A stretch of 64,000 bases of DNA from Nostoc sp. DedSLP01 (GTDB lineage: Bacteria > Cyanobacteriota > Cyanobacteriia > Cyanobacteriales > Nostocaceae): NCBI GenBank assembly GCA_034530875.2, contig JAVRCJ020000031.1, positions 22,406-86,405 of the forward strand, given 5' to 3'. The position numbers were made by a program, and so were the translations under genes. The first letter of the stretch is position 1. Every line of letters starts with the position of its first letter. Shown in pieces: positions 20,345 through 31,307 of this stretch. Below the pieces are notes generated by a model. It saw only the letters and a list, made by a program, of their open reading frames with translations. It was not told the origin of the DNA and made no database searches.

Positions 20345-20824
20345 TTAAAACACCACAGATTGAGCTGTTCCTTTCAAATTGATAATTGTGTAAGTCTGTG
20401 TTTGCCCAAGATTAAATTGCGGAATCACAGAAAAACGGTTGATTGTTGTGATTCCCTTAGTTTCAATTGGGACTTGGTAATTTTTTCCTAAATTTACTCG
20501 AGGTAGCAGTACGCTGAATGTAGTTGAACCAGTATCTACCGTTCTGACGATAGTTACCGTCACTAACGTGCCAATTTCCAATTCCGTAGTGCGGATATCA
20601 CTTCCTGAAAAGTTTAATGTTTGTTTCTGGTCTCGATAGGTGAAAAGAGGCTTACCAGTAATGCTTGAGCTTGAGTAATTAACTTGGATTTTAGCTCCCC
20701 TGTTGTTATAACCAGTCAGATTGTACAAGTTCGGTGTTCTTGTTTCTGCATGACATGGGATTACAGATATTGCTGTTAATGTCACACCTAATGCCAATGA
20801 TGAAATGAAATTTCTTGTTTGCAT
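20345..20824 (-). CDS. Hypothetical exported beta-rich protein
   Basis: Signal-peptide-like N-terminus (..PCHA) followed by Thr/Ser-rich beta segments. Confidence 0.65.
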   Translation of the reverse strand: MQTRNFISSLALGVTLTAISVIPCHAETRTPNLYNLTGYNNRGAKIQVNYSSSSITGKPLFTYRDQKQTLNFSGSDIRTTELEIGTLVTVTIVRTVDTGSTTFSVLLPRVNLGKNYQVPIETKGITTINRFSVIPQFNLGQTQTYTIINLKGTAQSVVF

Positions 20825-21261
20825 CTTTCAAAAAGTTATTACTAGTTTGATAAAGATTTATACTTTCACAGGCTTAAAAATAATAAGCCTAAAATCGATT
20901 TTACAAGTAAAATTTCTGAAACTAGAGTAAGATGAAATACATTGCAAAATTTATTAATATATAAGAATCTGGTTTGATTACTGAAATGATTTTTGTAGGC
21001 AGGGAGTAGGGAGTGGGAAAGAAGTCTTGTTTGGGTGTACTGATTTCTGAAAAAATTTAGGTAGATATAGAGCGTGTTCTCACGTAAACTAAAGCATCAA
21101 AAGCTTTGGATGGCGATCGCTCTACAAAGATAACTCAATGTTATACGTTAGAATTTCATTATCGAAGTTAGAAACGCTCGACAATGTAGCTATCAGAGTT
21201 AGATAGTTTAATTACCTATTTTGTAATAATTGTTAATAATATCTGAACCAATAAAAATAAA

Positions 21262-21283
21262 TTCCCAGGTGTAAACCTGGGAA
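21262..21283 (-). terminator. Intrinsic terminator after the CobW-family gene
   Basis: ttcccaggt-gtaa-acctgggaa with an A-tract on its left (U-tract on the minus strand). Confidence 0.6.
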
Positions 21284-21323
21284 AGAGTAACAATTTTAAC
21301 TATTAACTTCTCGGTTGTAACTT

Positions 21324-22451
21324 TTATTTCCCAAACCCTTTACCGCGACTAGTAGAAGGTAGGCAAATACAGTTTTGTATTTGAGTAAGTAAAGTTTCAC
21401 GATCCAAATTCTGACCAATCAGCACTAATTGGTTTTTGGGTTCACCTTGCCAATCATCATCATCCAAAGTGAAGCGTTTTCCACAAAGGTGGAAAATATG
21501 ACGCTTTGGACTTTCATCAAACCACATAATACCTTTGGCGCGGAAGATATTCGAGGGTAGCTGATTATCTAAGAAATACTGGAACTTCCTAATAGAAAAA
21601 GGCTTGTCACTTTGGAAAGAGATGGAAGTAAAGCCATCATTTTCTAAATGGTCAGAGTGGTGATGATGGTGGTCATGGTCGTGGTCATGATGGTCATGAC
21701 CGCATGTTGAATGGTCATGGTCGTGGTCGTGGTCGTGATGATGATGGTCGTGACGATCGTGGTCGTGATGGTCGCGTTCATCCACCACTGTGTCAAAATA
21801 TTTGTCAGACTCAAATAGACCGACACTGAGAATTAAAGGCAGTGGTACTTGCGATCGCGTGGTACGGAGAATTCTTGCTCCTTCCTTGACTTCGTTAATT
21901 TTCCTCTCTAACTCATTCAAAGTGTCTTCATCAACCAGATCTGTTTTGTTGAGAATAATCACATCGCCGTAAGCAACCTGGTTGTATGCTGCTTGAGAAT
22001 TGAATAAATCTAGACTGTAATTCGCCGCATCTACAACGGTAATAATCGAATCCAAGCGAGTTAAATCTCGCAATTCTGTACCTAGAAATGTGAGAGCTAC
22101 TGGTAGCGGATCTGCCAAACCAGTTGTTTCTACTACTAAATAATCTAAATTTTCTTGGCGTTCTAAAACTTTGTAAACTGCATCCACTAAATCATTATTA
22201 ATAGTGCAGCAGATACAACCATTATTTAGTTCCACCATGTTCTCACCAGTGGAAACGATTAGCTCGTTGTCGATGCCAATTTCGCCAAACTCATTGACTA
22301 AAACAGCGGTTTTTAAACCCTGTTGGTTGTTGAGGATATGATTAAGTAAAGTCGTTTTGCCACTACCAAGGAAACCCGTAATAATTGTTACTGGCATTCC
22401 TTGTTTAGGTGCATCCATTGCCTGAGATTCGGAAGTAGCTGCTGATTGCAT
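21324..22451 (-). CDS. CobW/COG0523 G3E GTPase metallochaperone with His/Asp-rich insert
   Basis: GFLGSGKT, GCICC, ETTGLADP, NKTD, poly-HD tract, CobW_C domain. Confidence 0.92.
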   Translation of the reverse strand: MQSAATSESQAMDAPKQGMPVTIITGFLGSGKTTLLNHILNNQQGLKTAVLVNEFGEIGIDNELIVSTGENMVELNNGCICCTINNDLVDAVYKVLERQENLDYLVVETTGLADPLPVALTFLGTELRDLTRLDSIITVVDAANYSLDLFNSQAAYNQVAYGDVIILNKTDLVDEDTLNELERKINEVKEGARILRTTRSQVPLPLILSVGLFESDKYFDTVVDERDHHDHDRHDHHHHDHDHDHDHSTCGHDHHDHDHDHHHHHSDHLENDGFTSISFQSDKPFSIRKFQYFLDNQLPSNIFRAKGIMWFDESPKRHIFHLCGKRFTLDDDDWQGEPKNQLVLIGQNLDRETLLTQIQNCICLPSTSRGKGFGK

Positions 22452-22587
22452 AGCGCTGTTATCAAAAAATCAAAAATAGTAATGTAGCGCAGATAGTCCA
22501 GAAAACACTAGCATAGGGATGCTGGACTGACATCCCAGTTGCTTACTTTAATTATTGCGTATCTCTCTATTTCAGCATTAGTTGATT

Positions 22588-24099
22588 ATGACCCTAACCC
22601 TTTACAATACCCTCACCCGTCGTCAAGAACCGTTTGAAACAGTCGAACCAGGCAAGGTTAAGATGTATTACTGCGGCGTGACGGTATATGATTATTGTCA
22701 TTTGGGTCATGCCAGAGCTTGCATCGTTTGGGACGTAGTACGTCGATACCTCCAGTTTATCGGCTATGAAGTACGTTACATTCAAAATTTTACTGATATT
22801 GATGACAAAATTCTCAACCGAGCCTGTGCTGAGCATTCATCAATGGAAGCTGTAGCCGATCGCTTCATCAAAGCATATTTTGAGGACATGGCACGCTTGG
22901 GAATCAAAGAAGCCGATGAATATCCCCGTGCTACTCACACGATGAATGGAATTTTACGCTTAATTCATGAGTTAGAAAATAAAGGCTTTGCTTATCCCGC
23001 TGACGGCGATGTGTATTATGCAGTACGACAGTTTTCTGAGTATGGAAAACTTTCAGGACGCAGGTTAGAAGATATGCAAGCCGGAGCTAGCGATCGCGTT
23101 AACGTCGAAGATCCAGAATATCAGAAAAAGAAAGACCCCTTTGATTTTGCTCTGTGGAAAGCAGCAAAACCGGGAGAACCTGCTTGGAAGTCACCTTGGG
23201 GCGCAGGGCGTCCGGGATGGCACATTGAATGCTCGGCAATGGTACGCGATCGCTTAGGCGATACCATAGATATTCACGCCGGTGGTGCTGACTTAATTTT
23301 TCCGCACCACGAAAACGAAATTGCCCAATCCGAAGCTGTTACAGGAAAATCCTTAGCTCGTTACTGGTTACATAACGGCATGGTGAAAGTGGATGGTGAA
23401 AAAATGTCCAAATCCTTGGGCAACTTTATCACCATTCGAGAATTGCTGGATCGGGGAGTTGACCCGATGGCGGTGCGCTTGTTAGTGCTGACAGCCCAAT
23501 ATCGCACACCCATCGATTTTACCGACGAAGCGATCGCAGATAAAACAAACGCTTGGCACACCCTCAAAGCAGGTTTACTCTTCGGTTACCAACACGGTAA
23601 ACAACTGGGTTGGGAAGTGGGGAGTGGGGAGTGGGGAGTGGAGAGTGAGAAAGGAAATAATACTAACCCCTATTCCCCATTCCCTATTCCCCATTCCCTA
23701 CTCCCTGAAATTGTTGAACGCTTCCAAGAACTCGTCAATGATGACTTTAATTTTCCTGGTGGCTTAACAGTGCTGTTTGAATTGGCAAAAGAACTCCACC
23801 GTGAAGGAAATATTCTTGTGCATCAAGGAAAAACCGAAACACCAGCTTTGGAGTTACAACGTCAATGGCAAACACTGGTTACATTAGCCGGAGTCTTGGG
23901 TTTAGAAGCCAAACTAGAAGCAGAAACTTCGACAACAGAAGGTTTAAGCGATGCGGAAATTGAGGCCAAAATTCAGCAAAGACAAGCAGCACGTCAAGCA
24001 AGAGATTTTGCCGAAAGCGATGGCATTCGTAACGAACTCCAAGCCCAAGGTATTACGCTAATTGATAGCCGTGAAGGCACGCGTTGGCATAGAAATTAG
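22588..24099 (+). CDS. cysS: Cysteine--tRNA ligase
   Basis: [37 protein letters not shown]. Confidence 0.98.
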   Translation: MTLTLYNTLTRRQEPFETVEPGKVKMYYCGVTVYDYCHLGHARACIVWDVVRRYLQFIGYEVRYIQNFTDIDDKILNRACAEHSSMEAVADRFIKAYFEDMARLGIKEADEYPRATHTMNGILRLIHELENKGFAYPADGDVYYAVRQFSEYGKLSGRRLEDMQAGASDRVNVEDPEYQKKKDPFDFALWKAAKPGEPAWKSPWGAGRPGWHIECSAMVRDRLGDTIDIHAGGADLIFPHHENEIAQSEAVTGKSLARYWLHNGMVKVDGEKMSKSLGNFITIRELLDRGVDPMAVRLLVLTAQYRTPIDFTDEAIADKTNAWHTLKAGLLFGYQHGKQLGWEVGSGEWGVESEKGNNTNPYSPFPIPHSLLPEIVERFQELVNDDFNFPGGLTVLFELAKELHREGNILVHQGKTETPALELQRQWQTLVTLAGVLGLEAKLEAETSTTEGLSDAEIEAKIQQRQAARQARDFAESDGIRNELQAQGITLIDSREGTRWHRN

Positions 24100-24248
24100 A
24101 GAAAGTGGGGAGTAGGGAGTAGGGGAGATGGGGAAAAGGTTAAAGGTTAAAGGGAAAAGGAATAAATTTAATCTTTCCCCCTTACCCCTTTCCCTTTCCC
24201 CATTCCTATGCCCCATTCCCCATTCCCCATTCCTCATTCCCTAAAATT

Positions 24249-25688
24249 ATGTTCTCTGAACTCAAAAAAGCGATCGCTAGTTTCGATATTCCTGCTGATT
24301 GGATTGGTATCAGAGCCGTCAAGGAAACTTCTACTAATCGTTTAGTCCGTGACGGCTTACCCCAAGTTAACGGCAAATCCTTTACTGTGGGAGCCATGCT
24401 GGAAGTTCTAGTCAATGGCTGTCTCGGTTATGCAGCTACCAACTCCCTAGAATTGTCATCCTTACAAGCTGCTGCCCGAACAGCCTATAACCAGGCACTA
24501 GCAGCTAGCGAATGGTGGATACATCCCTTCCGCCAAAGCGAACGTCCTAAAGTTGTTGGTGAATATAAATCTCCATTCCTTGAGCCACTGGACGCTTTAA
24601 GCCCTGGAGAAATCAACGATTTACTAATTCGCATTTGCCAAACCTTGAAAGTTGACGACAAAATTGTGCAAACCATCGCTGGCGTTGGCACAACCGAGAA
24701 AGAGTCCTGGTTTGTCAGCAGCAATGGCTCAGAAGTTTATCAAAAATTTCTATCCATAGGCACTCATTACGGAGCCACAGCCCAAGATGGAGCTATTGTA
24801 CAGCAACGCAGCTACAACGGCGCTCAAGCAAACTGTTACCAAGGCGGACTAGAACTTTTAGAAATAGAAAACTTATGGCATCGGGTGCGGCAAATTGGCG
24901 AACAAGCAATAGAACTCTTAACAGCAGAAGAATGCCCAAACATCCGTACTAATTTAGTTTTAGCCCCAGACCAAATGATGTTGCAAATTCATGAAAGTGT
25001 CGGGCATCCCCTAGAAATTGACCGCATTTTAGGAGATGAACGTAACTATGCTGGGGGCAGTTTTGTCAGCAAAAGTGATTTTGGCAAACTAGTATACGGT
25101 TCGCCATTGATGAATATCACCTTCGATCCTACCGTCCCTGGTGAATTTGCCAGTTATGGTTTTGATGATACCGGTGCTGTAGCAACGCGAGAATATTTAA
25201 TCAAAGAAGGCGTACTGCAACGGGGTTTGGGCAGCTTGGAGAGTCAAGCTAGAGCAGGTGTACCGGGAGTAGCTTGTGCCCGTGCTTCCTCGTGGAATCG
25301 ACCAGCCATAGATCGTATGGCAAACTTGAATTTAGAACCTCTAAACGCTAGTTTTGAAGACATAATTGCTGACATAGAACATGGCGTTTACATGGAATCG
25401 AATCGTTCTTGGTCAATTGACGATCGCCGCTATAAATTTCAATTTGGTTGCGAATACGCCAAATTAATCGAAAACGGTAAATTCACCAAAACACTCCGCA
25501 ATCCCAACTATCGCGCCACAACACCAGAGTTTTGGCACAGCTTAATTAAAGTAGGAAACGCCAACAACTGGCAAATGTACGGTACTCCCCATTGTGGCAA
25601 AGGAGAACCAAATCAAGCTATTTGGGTAGGACATGGTTCGCCTGTTTGTGTATTTGCTAACGTCGAAGTTTTTGGCGGAGGAACTTGA
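24249..25688 (+). CDS. tldD: TldD-family metalloprotease
   Basis: HESVGH HExxxH motif, DRMAN, CGKGEP. Confidence 0.88.
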   Translation: MFSELKKAIASFDIPADWIGIRAVKETSTNRLVRDGLPQVNGKSFTVGAMLEVLVNGCLGYAATNSLELSSLQAAARTAYNQALAASEWWIHPFRQSERPKVVGEYKSPFLEPLDALSPGEINDLLIRICQTLKVDDKIVQTIAGVGTTEKESWFVSSNGSEVYQKFLSIGTHYGATAQDGAIVQQRSYNGAQANCYQGGLELLEIENLWHRVRQIGEQAIELLTAEECPNIRTNLVLAPDQMMLQIHESVGHPLEIDRILGDERNYAGGSFVSKSDFGKLVYGSPLMNITFDPTVPGEFASYGFDDTGAVATREYLIKEGVLQRGLGSLESQARAGVPGVACARASSWNRPAIDRMANLNLEPLNASFEDIIADIEHGVYMESNRSWSIDDRRYKFQFGCEYAKLIENGKFTKTLRNPNYRATTPEFWHSLIKVGNANNWQMYGTPHCGKGEPNQAIWVGHGSPVCVFANVEVFGGGT

Positions 25689-25825
25689 AAGAGACAAAAT
25701 TTCAGAGTTAGGAGTTAAGAGTTAAGAGTTAGAAATTAAAAAACTTTCAACTTTAATTCATAACTCCTAACTCCTCACTCCTAACTTTTAACTTTTAAAC
25801 TATCCCCTATTAATAGTTAATATCT

Positions 25826-27172
25826 ATGAAAATTGAGGAATTATCTACTTTAGAAACCAGTTTTAATCAATTGATTGAAACTTTGCTAATTAAAAAAGCA
25901 GAAAATGAAGAATTTACTGTAAAGCTCAGTAGCGAACGCAGTCAATTTACTCGTTTCAATAATGCAAAAGTTCGACAAACTGGTTGTGTTGCTGATGGTT
26001 GGGTCGAACTAACTTTGATGAAAGAACAGCGTAGTAGCTTTCGCCTATTTCCCTTTACTGGAAATTGGGGAGTAGATTGGCAGGTAGCCTATACTGCTTT
26101 GCTGGAACTACGCGATGAACTGACTCTACTGCCCATCGATCCCTACTTGGTTTTACCCTCAGGAAATAATACCAGTCGAGAAATACATTCTGGAAATTTA
26201 TTGCCAGAAGAAGCAGTAGTAGAAACTATCCTGGAATTAGTTGCAGATTTAGATTTTACTGGTATATATGCTGGTGGAGTTGTAGTTAAAGGTTATGGTG
26301 ATTCCAGCGGACAGAAACACTGGTTTGCTACTGATTCTTTTACTTTAGATTATTCTTTATTCATTACATCTGGGCAAGCAGTTAAAGGTACATTTGCAGG
26401 TAGCGATTGGAATAAAGCTGCATATATAGCTAAAATTAACGAAGGTAAAAAGCAACTAGAACTACTTTCTCATCCAGCTAAAGAATTACCACGAGGACAG
26501 TATAAAACTTATTTTGCTCCTGCTGCTGTTGCAGATTTATTAACGATGCTTTCTTGGGGATCTTTAAGCGAAGCTGATATCCAACAAGGAAACAGTTCTT
26601 TAGCATCTCTATGGCGTCAAGAAAAAATACTATCTCCAAAATTCAGTTTGAAAGAAAATTTTCAACAAGGATTAGTGCCACGATTTAATGAATTAGGAGA
26701 AATGGCACCATTGGAATTAGCTGTAATAGAAAAAGGATATTTAGTAAATAGTCTAGTTAATTCTCGCACTGCTAAAGAATATGGAAAAATCGCTAATGGT
26801 GCAAATGGTGCAGAGACATTACGCGCGCCAGAAGTGAGTCCGGGAAATTTAGTATTTGAGGAGATTATTCCGAGTTTAGAGACAGGATTGTATGTATCGA
26901 ATTTACATTATTTAAATTGGAGCGATCGCCAAACTGGTAGAATCACAGGTATGACTCGTTACGCTTGTTTTTGGGTAGAAAACGGAGAAATTATCGCCCC
27001 CATCGAAAACTTACGTTTTGACGAAACTCTCTATCGCTTCTGGGGAGAAAACCTCATAGATTTGACTACTTTTCAAGAATTTATTCCCGAAGTCGGAACT
27101 TATGAAAGTCGTCAACTAGGAGGTAGTTTAGTTCCTGGTATGTTGGTCGAAGATTTTACCTACACGCTGTAA
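25826..27172 (+). CDS. TldE/PmbA-family protein
   Basis: TRFNNAKVRQ, TGMTR, NLRFDE; no HExxxH; paired with tldD. Confidence 0.85.
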   Translation: MKIEELSTLETSFNQLIETLLIKKAENEEFTVKLSSERSQFTRFNNAKVRQTGCVADGWVELTLMKEQRSSFRLFPFTGNWGVDWQVAYTALLELRDELTLLPIDPYLVLPSGNNTSREIHSGNLLPEEAVVETILELVADLDFTGIYAGGVVVKGYGDSSGQKHWFATDSFTLDYSLFITSGQAVKGTFAGSDWNKAAYIAKINEGKKQLELLSHPAKELPRGQYKTYFAPAAVADLLTMLSWGSLSEADIQQGNSSLASLWRQEKILSPKFSLKENFQQGLVPRFNELGEMAPLELAVIEKGYLVNSLVNSRTAKEYGKIANGANGAETLRAPEVSPGNLVFEEIIPSLETGLYVSNLHYLNWSDRQTGRITGMTRYACFWVENGEIIAPIENLRFDETLYRFWGENLIDLTTFQEFIPEVGTYESRQLGGSLVPGMLVEDFTYTL

Positions 27173-27404
27173 GTGGGGAGATGGGGAGATGTAGGCAGAG
27201 GGGCAGGGGAGATGGGGAAGTGTGGGGAGTGTGGGGACTAGGGGGGAAAGATTTCTTCCCCATCCTGCCACACTTCTCACACTTCCCACACCTCCCACAC
27301 CTCCCACACTCCCGGCTTGCTCAATGCCCCAGTACCTAAAATTGGCATAAGCATTTGCTGTATATCTGCTAATAATAGAGGAGTAGGTTTTTTCAGGATT
27401 TGGG

Positions 27405-27662
27405 ATGATTAGTCCGCAGCAAGTTGAAGCAATGATTAAGGCGGAACTGCCAGACGCCCAGGTTCAAGTGCAAGACTTGACTGGTGGCAATGACCACTAT
27501 CAAGTCACTGTAGTTTCATCGCATTTTGCAGGTAAAGGACTAGTGCAGCAGCACCAATTAATTTATGGTGCGTTGCAAGAAGCTATATCAACTCAAGCGA
27601 TTCACGCTTTGTCTCTAAAAACATATACTCCCGAAGCTTGGCAAGCAACATCAGCTTCGTAA
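27405..27662 (+). CDS. bolA: BolA family protein
   Basis: [12 protein letters not shown]...QQHQLIY...IHALSL. Confidence 0.92.
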   Translation: MISPQQVEAMIKAELPDAQVQVQDLTGGNDHYQVTVVSSHFAGKGLVQQHQLIYGALQEAISTQAIHALSLKTYTPEAWQATSAS

Positions 27663-27771
27663 ATATAGAGTAGAGACGTGATGAATCACGTCTGTACAAA
27701 AGTTAGGAGCGATTTTTACTTTTTACTCCTAATGCCCGATTCTTGAATGTAACATAGGAAACACGAATACC

Positions 27772-28095
27772 ATGACACCAGAAATCAAAGAGAAAATTGA
27801 TAAATTGGTACAAGAGAACAAGATTTTGGTTTTCATTAAGGGAACCAAATTAATGCCCCAATGTGGTTTCTCCAACAATGTTGTCCAAATTCTGAACAGT
27901 TTGGGAGTTCCTTTCAAGGATGTTAACGTTCTAGCAGACGATGAAATCCGTCAGGCAATTAAAGAATATTCCAACTGGCAAACATTTCCCCAAGTCTATA
28001 TCGACGGTGAATTTATTGGCGGTTCTGACATTATGATTGAACTCTACCAACAAGGTGAATTACAGCAAAAGGTAGAAGTAGCACTAGCTTCTTAA
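27772..28095 (+). CDS. grxD: Monothiol glutaredoxin (Grx4)
   Basis: PQCGFS, WQTFPQVYI, GGSD. Confidence 0.95.
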   Translation: MTPEIKEKIDKLVQENKILVFIKGTKLMPQCGFSNNVVQILNSLGVPFKDVNVLADDEIRQAIKEYSNWQTFPQVYIDGEFIGGSDIMIELYQQGELQQKVEVALAS

Positions 28096-28232
28096 AGCCC
28101 TGTTTACAGCAAACTGAGGTTATCCTGCTGAATTTGCTCTTGACTATCAAGGCAATATCTAGTTTTTACCGCCTTTGAAAGGGGAGAAAAGTAATACCTC
28201 CCATTTCAAGGGTTTTTAAATTGGCTGTAAGC

Positions 28233-28934
28233 TTATTCTTGCCAGTTTACTTTTACAAAATGCGCTTCACGTCCCCAAACGTCGCGTGTACGGACGATGT
28301 TTTCAATTGCTAGGTTAAAAGGAATGGCTGTTGTTAAGTAACGCTGTGCCATAGAACCTAAATCAGGTGCGAGTTCAGCGGCTGTAGTGGCGGCTAAGCC
28401 CAAACCTATAAGTTGCTCGATTGGTCGGAATGGTAGCAATAGATGCACGCCTACAGCTAATCCAGCAGTTAAAAACATTGCTACTGAGAGATTTGTGCCA
28501 CAACGGGGATGTACGGCCAAATCCCATTCTCCACTGGTCAGGCGCTGTCGGGCAACTATGACTGCACGTCGCAAATCACTAATATTGACTTCACCGTAGA
28601 GGTAAAATCCCAGCTCCGTAGATAAACCGCCTAATAGTTCGTTATCTAGCTGAAGTTTATTAGGTTCCCTTGTGGTGTTATATGCATTATTTGATTCGCT
28701 CAAAACCCATACAGTGGCATGTTCTAAAGCGTGAACTTGCCGTAGCATTAAAATTTCTTTCAATCCTGGAACGAACGACAGCTGCCTAAGCAAGTCAGCA
28801 TCTTGTGTGGAATGCGGAAAGTCTAAGGATTGAGATTCTGAAGTTGGAACTTTCCCCGACACAGGTGTTGTCAAATCAAAGTTGAAAAAATTAAAGGGAA
28901 AAGAGCCACCTTGAAAAGAAGCAGAAGTATTCAT
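28233..28934 (-). CDS. DUF6391-like protein
   Basis: RQVHALEHATVWVL, LAVHPRCGTN. Confidence 0.7.
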   Translation of the reverse strand: MNTSASFQGGSFPFNFFNFDLTTPVSGKVPTSESQSLDFPHSTQDADLLRQLSFVPGLKEILMLRQVHALEHATVWVLSESNNAYNTTREPNKLQLDNELLGGLSTELGFYLYGEVNISDLRRAVIVARQRLTSGEWDLAVHPRCGTNLSVAMFLTAGLAVGVHLLLPFRPIEQLIGLGLAATTAAELAPDLGSMAQRYLTTAIPFNLAIENIVRTRDVWGREAHFVKVNWQE

Positions 28935-29348
28935 TGGAACACTACTCTCCAAACCGATGGAGCAACATAGATTTTTATCAAATGTAACGCTTGCACTACT
29001 GAATTGTTGCAAATTTTTGTTATTGGAGGGGGGAAGAGGCAAAGGGGTAGAGGAGAAGTTGCAGTAAGCGTTTCTCCTTTTCCTTTGTCTCCTTGTCCTC
29101 TTCCCAATGCCCTAGTCCCTAATGTTGTGCTGAATTTGCAGAGAAATTCCGATTCTTGATAGTTTCCGAGTCCGGAGGATCGGCTGGCTACATTCATATA
29201 AATTCCAGCTGAGTTAAGGACTCGGAACTTTTGGTAGAGTGTTCACGCTGAAACGAAGGTGTGAGGAGAAAAACAATCAGTCAAGCTCAATGATTGGCTT
29301 CTTGAGCATACTACACCAGAATCAATGCTGTTGCTTCAAGTCAATTAT

Positions 29349-29612
29349 TTATTCGATCTGCTCAGGCAGAGGACAGCAATTGACATCATTCAAACAGACT
29401 TTGCCCCACTGTAAAGCCCAGCGGACAAGAGCCACTCGATTTTCTGTCTCGGTCTTAGTGAGAATGTTGCTGATATGGTTATCAACTGTACGCTTGCTAA
29501 TTTCCAGTTTGACTGCAATCTCTTGGTTAGTTAAGCCAGCGGCCACTAAGTCGATTATTTGCAGCTCTCTGTCTGACAGACTAACAGGGGTCTCAGACTT
29601 GCCACCAGCCAT
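29349..29612 (-). CDS. pedR: Small LuxR-type regulator PedR
   Basis: LuxR HTH LSDRELQIIDLVAAGLTNQEIA...RTVDNHISNI; C-terminal WGKVCLNDVNCC. Confidence 0.85.
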   Translation of the reverse strand: MAGGKSETPVSLSDRELQIIDLVAAGLTNQEIAVKLEISKRTVDNHISNILTKTETENRVALVRWALQWGKVCLNDVNCCPLPEQIE

Positions 29613-29976
29613 GACTATTTCTATCCTCCCTTGGTATATGTACTTAATCATCCTTTCTAATTCTAGAAGATTCTTTTGTTAGTAGGGGTTTCAACTTGTT
29701 AGCAGTAATACGATTGTCAATATTTTTTTTCGATTTCAATTTGCATTAATCTAATTAATAAAAATTAAATGTAAAAAATGTGACATTTTTAAGAGTAAAA
29801 AAGCAGTTATATTACTTAAATAAATTTAGTGCATATTAGAGCGATATATATGTTATGAGAGTACTAAAAATTGCTATTTCATTCTATGAAGGACTGGCGA
29901 CAGATTAGCAAAAACTATTGTAGATTTTATACTGGAAATTTTTAATCCAAAATCACAACCTCAAATCTAAAATGAA

Positions 29977-30954
29977 ATGAGCAATCCCCGTGTTTTGTGC
30001 CTTGGCGAGATTTTGTTTGATTGTTTAGCCGACCAATTGGGGCTAAAGCTGGAAGAGGTGAAATCTTGGACTCCCTATCCAGGAGGAGCGCCAGCTAATG
30101 TGGCCTGTGCTTTAATCAAACTGGGAACGCCAACTGCGTTTATTGGCGCTGTTGGGGAAGATGAACCAGGAAATGCACTGGTAAAGCTATTACAAGATGT
30201 GGGTGTAGACACGACAGGGGTGCAACGCCATCCTACAGCACCAACACGGCAAGTTTATGTGACGCGGGATCTGGCTGGCGATCGCACTTTCGCTGGATTT
30301 GGTCAGTATGATACCTCTGAATTTGCCGATACTCGCCTTATTGCTAAACAATTACCAGATTCACTGTTTCAAGAGGCAGATTTTCTGGTTTTAGGTACTT
30401 TGGAATTAGCCTATCCTGAAAGCGAACAGGCAATTTACCGCGCCCTAGAACTAGCAGAACAATACGACTTGAAGATTGTGCTGGATGTCAACTGGCGTCC
30501 TGTATTTTGGCACGATCCAAATATCGCTCATCAAAAAATTCCAGAATTATTTAATAAAGTCGATTTCCTCAAACTTTCCAAAGAAGAAGCTGAATGGTTA
30601 TTTGAAACCACAGATCCGGGAGCCATTACTTACCGTCTAGCTTCTATTGAAGGAGTACTAGTCACAGATGGAGAAAACGGTTGTAGCTATTGTCTAGGTG
30701 AGAATGAAGGCAAATTACCTTCGTTTTCCATTCCTGTAGTTGATACAACCGGTGCAGGGGATAGCTTTTTAGCGGGATTCATCCACCAATTGAGCCAGCA
30801 TGGTATCCATAGCTTGCAAGATGCACAAACAGCAAAACGCATTGTCACTTATGCCAGTGCTGTTGGGGCACTGACTACCATTAAACCAGGTGCGATCGCC
30901 TCTCAACCTACGGCTGCTGAAGTCGAAGCTTTTTTAGCCACACATCAACTTTAG
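29977..30954 (+). CDS. PfkB-family carbohydrate kinase (fructokinase-like)
   Basis: GGAPANVA, DVNWRP, VDTTGAGDSF. Confidence 0.92.
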   Translation: MSNPRVLCLGEILFDCLADQLGLKLEEVKSWTPYPGGAPANVACALIKLGTPTAFIGAVGEDEPGNALVKLLQDVGVDTTGVQRHPTAPTRQVYVTRDLAGDRTFAGFGQYDTSEFADTRLIAKQLPDSLFQEADFLVLGTLELAYPESEQAIYRALELAEQYDLKIVLDVNWRPVFWHDPNIAHQKIPELFNKVDFLKLSKEEAEWLFETTDPGAITYRLASIEGVLVTDGENGCSYCLGENEGKLPSFSIPVVDTTGAGDSFLAGFIHQLSQHGIHSLQDAQTAKRIVTYASAVGALTTIKPGAIASQPTAAEVEAFLATHQL

Positions 30955-31307
30955 GAACTAGCAGCGCAAGCCAAAAGTCAAAATTAACAGGGAACAAAGA
31001 ACAGGCAGCAAGCGACAGTTTAATACTCCCTAATCCAATAATGGGGATTTTTATAAGGGCGTATTGTCTCGAACAGTTCAGATGTTTGAAGACAAGCCGC
31101 CCTTGCGTTCTCTATAGAGAAAACCATCGCTTTGCTTTTCGCTTTTTCTCAGCATCAGGTCTGGAAAAAATTTTTTATCTTGTTCGTAAATAATGGTGCT
31201 TTACCAAATATTTGGACAAGTTTTTCAAGTTGTTTACTGTTACTTGCTGTATTCTAATTTACTAATTTTGCTGTAAGTTTTTTAGAAAGCTATCTTAGAA
31301 TTGTCGG

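Noticed and set aside
21644..21826. Poly-Thr ORF
   Set aside because: Alternative frame of the His/Asp tract of the CobW-family gene
31054..31104. Riboswitch upstream of the diguanylate cyclase
   Set aside because: Only a simple hairpin; no recognisable c-di-GMP riboswitch consensus; could be the terminator of the pfkB-family gene
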